Below are positions 17,521-20,214 of a stretch of 20,214 bases of DNA, piece after piece. A program made the position numbers and the translations under genes. The notes under the pieces are model-generated. The model was not told the origin of the DNA. It searched no databases and was given only the letters and a program-made list of their open reading frames with translations. Position 1 is the stretch's first letter. The number at the start of each line of letters is the position of its first letter. The DNA comes from Candidatus Methylomirabilota bacterium (GTDB lineage: Bacteria > Methylomirabilota > Methylomirabilia > Rokubacteriales > CSP1-6). The stretch lies in contig JBKPAK010000246.1 of the NCBI GenBank assembly GCA_046726415.1, positions 1 to 20,214 on the forward strand, read 5' to 3'.

Positions 17521-18702
17521 ATGACCACCGCCCCCGCCCCGGCCGCGATCTCCCCCCTCGACGTTGCCCGCGCGCTCGCCCCGAGGATCCGCGCGCACGC
17601 TGACGAGATCGAGGCCGCCCGGGAGTTGCCCGCGGACCTCGTCATGGACCTGGCAAAGGCCCGATTGTTCAAGGTCGCCATCTCGGAGGCAGAGGGTGGG
17701 CTCGGCGCGGACATCATCACGACCCTGCGGGTGATCGAGGAAGTGGCGCGGGCCGATGGCTCGACGGGCTGGTGCCTGGCCATGGGAATCAACACCTTCC
17801 GGCAGAGCGCCCAGTTCGAGCTCGATGTGCGCCGCAAGCTCTTCCACAGCGACCCGGTGGGCGTCTCGGCGGGGTCGGCGAATCCCCGCGGCCGGGCGGT
17901 AGCCGTGCCGGGCGGCTACCGCGTCACCGGGCACTGGTTCTTCGCCAGTGGTTGCATGCACTCCTCCCTGCTGCACGGTGCCTGCAAGGTCTTCGACGGT
18001 GACGCGCCCCGGCTGCGGGCCAACGGCGACCAGGAAGTGCGAATCGCCTACTTCTACCCGAAGTCGGGCGCCCAAATCATCGACACCTGGAACGTCAGCG
18101 GCATGCGGGGGACGGGCAGCCACGACATCGAAGTCAAAAACCTGTTCGTCCCCGAGGAACACACCTTCTCGGCGCTCGACCGGCGAGCGCGCGTCACGGG
18201 GCCCATGAACCGCATGCACGGCTTCGATCTCGCCGGCTGCGGTTTCTGCTGCGTCGGGCTGGGCGTGGCCCGCGCCGCCATCGACGAGTTTGTCGAACTC
18301 GCCCAGGTGAAGGTCCCGCGCTCATCGTCGGAGTTGCTGCGCGACCGGGCAATCGTGCAGGCCCAGGTGGGCGAGGCCGAGGCGCTGTTGCGCTCCGGCC
18401 GGGCGCTCCTGTTCGACACCATCGGGGACATGTGGGAGACCGTCCTGGCCCGAGAGCTCGTCACCGAGCGCCAGCGCTCCAATTTACGGCTGGCCATGAC
18501 CCACGCCGCTCAGAGCGCGGCCAAGGCCACGCACATGGTGTGCGTGGCGGCCGGCACCACCTCGATTTTCGCGTCGAGCCCGCTGGAGCGCTACGCCCGC
18601 GATGCCGAGGTCGTCACTCGGCACAACCAGCTGCAGTTCGTGAACTACGAGGCCGTGGGGCGCACGGTGCTCGGTCTCGAATCGAACAGCCCACTATTTT
18701 GA
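17521..18702 (+). CDS. Acyl-CoA dehydrogenase-fold flavin-dependent monooxygenase (HsaA/DszC-like oxygenase component, 393 aa)
   Basis: ADEIEAARELP, ADGSTGW, GHWFFASGC, DTWNVSGMRGTGSHD, PLERYARD. Confidence 0.85.
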   Translation: MTTAPAPAAISPLDVARALAPRIRAHADEIEAARELPADLVMDLAKARLFKVAISEAEGGLGADIITTLRVIEEVARADGSTGWCLAMGINTFRQSAQFELDVRRKLFHSDPVGVSAGSANPRGRAVAVPGGYRVTGHWFFASGCMHSSLLHGACKVFDGDAPRLRANGDQEVRIAYFYPKSGAQIIDTWNVSGMRGTGSHDIEVKNLFVPEEHTFSALDRRARVTGPMNRMHGFDLAGCGFCCVGLGVARAAIDEFVELAQVKVPRSSSELLRDRAIVQAQVGEAEALLRSGRALLFDTIGDMWETVLARELVTERQRSNLRLAMTHAAQSAAKATHMVCVAAGTTSIFASSPLERYARDAEVVTRHNQLQFVNYEAVGRTVLGLESNSPLF

Positions 18703-18721
18703 TCGAAGGCGAGGAGCCGCC

Positions 18722-20214
18722 ATGCCCGACACATCGTTGAATCTGTTGACGCAGGCGATCCTGGAGCGCGATCAGCCCCGCACGGCGGACCTCTTCTTTC
18801 GGATGGTGACGCGCGAAGGCCGCTCGCTGCGCGACGCGCTCGGCACGGTGACGGCGGCCGAGGCGCCGTTCGTTCAGGTGCCCAGTCACATCAATGTGCG
18901 CGACGGTCAGATCACCCTCGTCAACAACGACCATACGATTCTCGGGCTCCGGGCGTCCGTGAGCCTGGCCCCCTTTGTGCCCGAGAAGTATCGCCTCCTG
19001 CCCATCCTGCAAAGCGTGTGGTACATCCCGGCCGGTCTCGACATCTGGAACCAGTTGCTGGGGAAGTACCCGGGCCGCTACGCCACCATGAAAGGCATGG
19101 AGGTTCCGCCGCCGAGCTACGGCCCCGCCGTGTGGAATCAGGACCAGGAGCCGATCACGCCGGAGGGCACAGTCGAGGAGAAGCTTCACCAGCACATGAT
19201 CGCGACGATGAGCGGTGATGTGCGGCGGTCCTACGGCCTCTTCCTCGGTCTGGTCGCCGATGAGCGCATCCGTCCCCTCCTCCGCGACCAGTTGCTCTTC
19301 CTGGGCCTCATCGACCTGCAAGACACGATCGCCGGCAGGAAGGCGCGCAACACCGGCCACAAAGCGCTGCGGGCCCGCGCCATCGCGGACCTCGCCGACT
19401 TCATCGGCTGGGAGCAGGCCCGGGGCGTCTATTACATCGGCGTGCCGGATATGGCCATCGGACCGCTCTACTACTCCCTCTATGACACGGCCTGCGTCAG
19501 GATGACCAACGAGTTCCCCGAGTCCGGGAAGCACCTCAAGCAGACGAATGAAGCCCCGCTGAGCCCGGGCGAGGTGGAGGAAATGGTCCGGCTGCTCGTG
19601 GAGGCCGATGCGCCCACGGTGTGGAACCTGATCACCACCCATCTGCGGAATGGCAAGTCGATCCGGAGCCTCGGCGATACCATCCAGATCGGCGCGGCCG
19701 AGCTCATTTTGCGGACCACGGTGCCCCGCCAATTCACGGACGGCCAACATCCCTTCGACTACTGCAACACAGCCAACGACTGGATGCGGCGCAGTGAGAG
19801 TCCCTACCAGCCGCGGCTGCTCTACCTGATGGCCCATTTCGTCAACGATTCGGCCCGCGCCAACAAGCTGTCCCGATCGGTGATCGAGGAAGAGTGTGCC
19901 GGATTCGACGGTGCGGACCGGACACCAGCATCACTCCTGGAGGAGCTCGACGAGGCCATCCTGGCCTTCGACGTCCCGCGGACCACCGCGCTGGCCCGCG
20001 CCTACTTGAAGTCCGGCGCCGATCGCCGCGCCTACCTGGCCCGAGTTGCCGTCACCGCGTGCAAGTTCCAGGACGACCCTCACAACCAGAAGATCACCCA
20101 CTCCACGTTCGAGGAATACGGCCACAACGCCACCCACCTCCGGGATAACCTCCTGCTCGCCACGGTGCGCCTGCTCGCGGGCTGGCCGAAGATGCCGGGC
20201 GAGCGCGACTGCTA
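18722..20214 (+). CDS. Hypothetical helical protein with four His-containing internal repeats (more than 497 aa, 3'-truncated by the window edge; absent from the ORF track)
   Basis: GAGGAG SD at 18711-18716, ATG 18722, frame open to the window end with strongly GC3-biased codons; begins MPDTSLNLLTQAILERDQPRTADLFF. Confidence 0.9.
   Translation, partial: MPDTSLNLLTQAILERDQPRTADLFFRMVTREGRSLRDALGTVTAAEAPFVQVPSHINVRDGQITLVNNDHTILGLRASVSLAPFVPEKYRLLPILQSVWYIPAGLDIWNQLLGKYPGRYATMKGMEVPPPSYGPAVWNQDQEPITPEGTVEEKLHQHMIATMSGDVRRSYGLFLGLVADERIRPLLRDQLLFLGLIDLQDTIAGRKARNTGHKALRARAIADLADFIGWEQARGVYYIGVPDMAIGPLYYSLYDTACVRMTNEFPESGKHLKQTNEAPLSPGEVEEMVRLLVEADAPTVWNLITTHLRNGKSIRSLGDTIQIGAAELILRTTVPRQFTDGQHPFDYCNTANDWMRRSESPYQPRLLYLMAHFVNDSARANKLSRSVIEEECAGFDGADRTPASLLEELDEAILAFDVPRTTALARAYLKSGADRRAYLARVAVTACKFQDDPHNQKITHSTFEEYGHNATHLRDNLLLATVRLLAGWPKMPGERDC

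Noticed and set aside
18614-19837. 407-aa minus-strand ORF
   Set aside because: Shadow of the plus-strand CDS starting at 18722, which has an SD and the expected codon bias

Overview
High-GC bacterial chromosomal window dominated by a minus-strand urea-utilisation cluster: urtABCDE (urea ABC transporter), then ureA, a small coupled ORF, ureB-ureC-ureE-ureF-ureG-ureD, followed by a DAO-family FAD oxidoreductase. Upstream of urtA the sequence shows a sigma-54 -24/-12 promoter, a pair of inverted 17-bp enhancer-like sites and a 5' leader with ANTAR-type hexaloop hairpins. Divergently lies a CoxL/xanthine-dehydrogenase-like molybdoprotein large subunit (form II AYRGAGR motif) with no partner subunits in the window. 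Next come a decayed region (SsuA/NMT1-like remnant and a chimeric permease/ATPase ABC pseudogene on either side of an intact DUF4410-like lipoprotein gene), an acyl-CoA-dehydrogenase-fold flavin monooxygenase, and a long CDS missing from the ORF track (18722 to window end) built of four helical repeats that each carry a His. Short tandem repeats lie at the left edge. All calls come from manual motif reading; no database searches were run.
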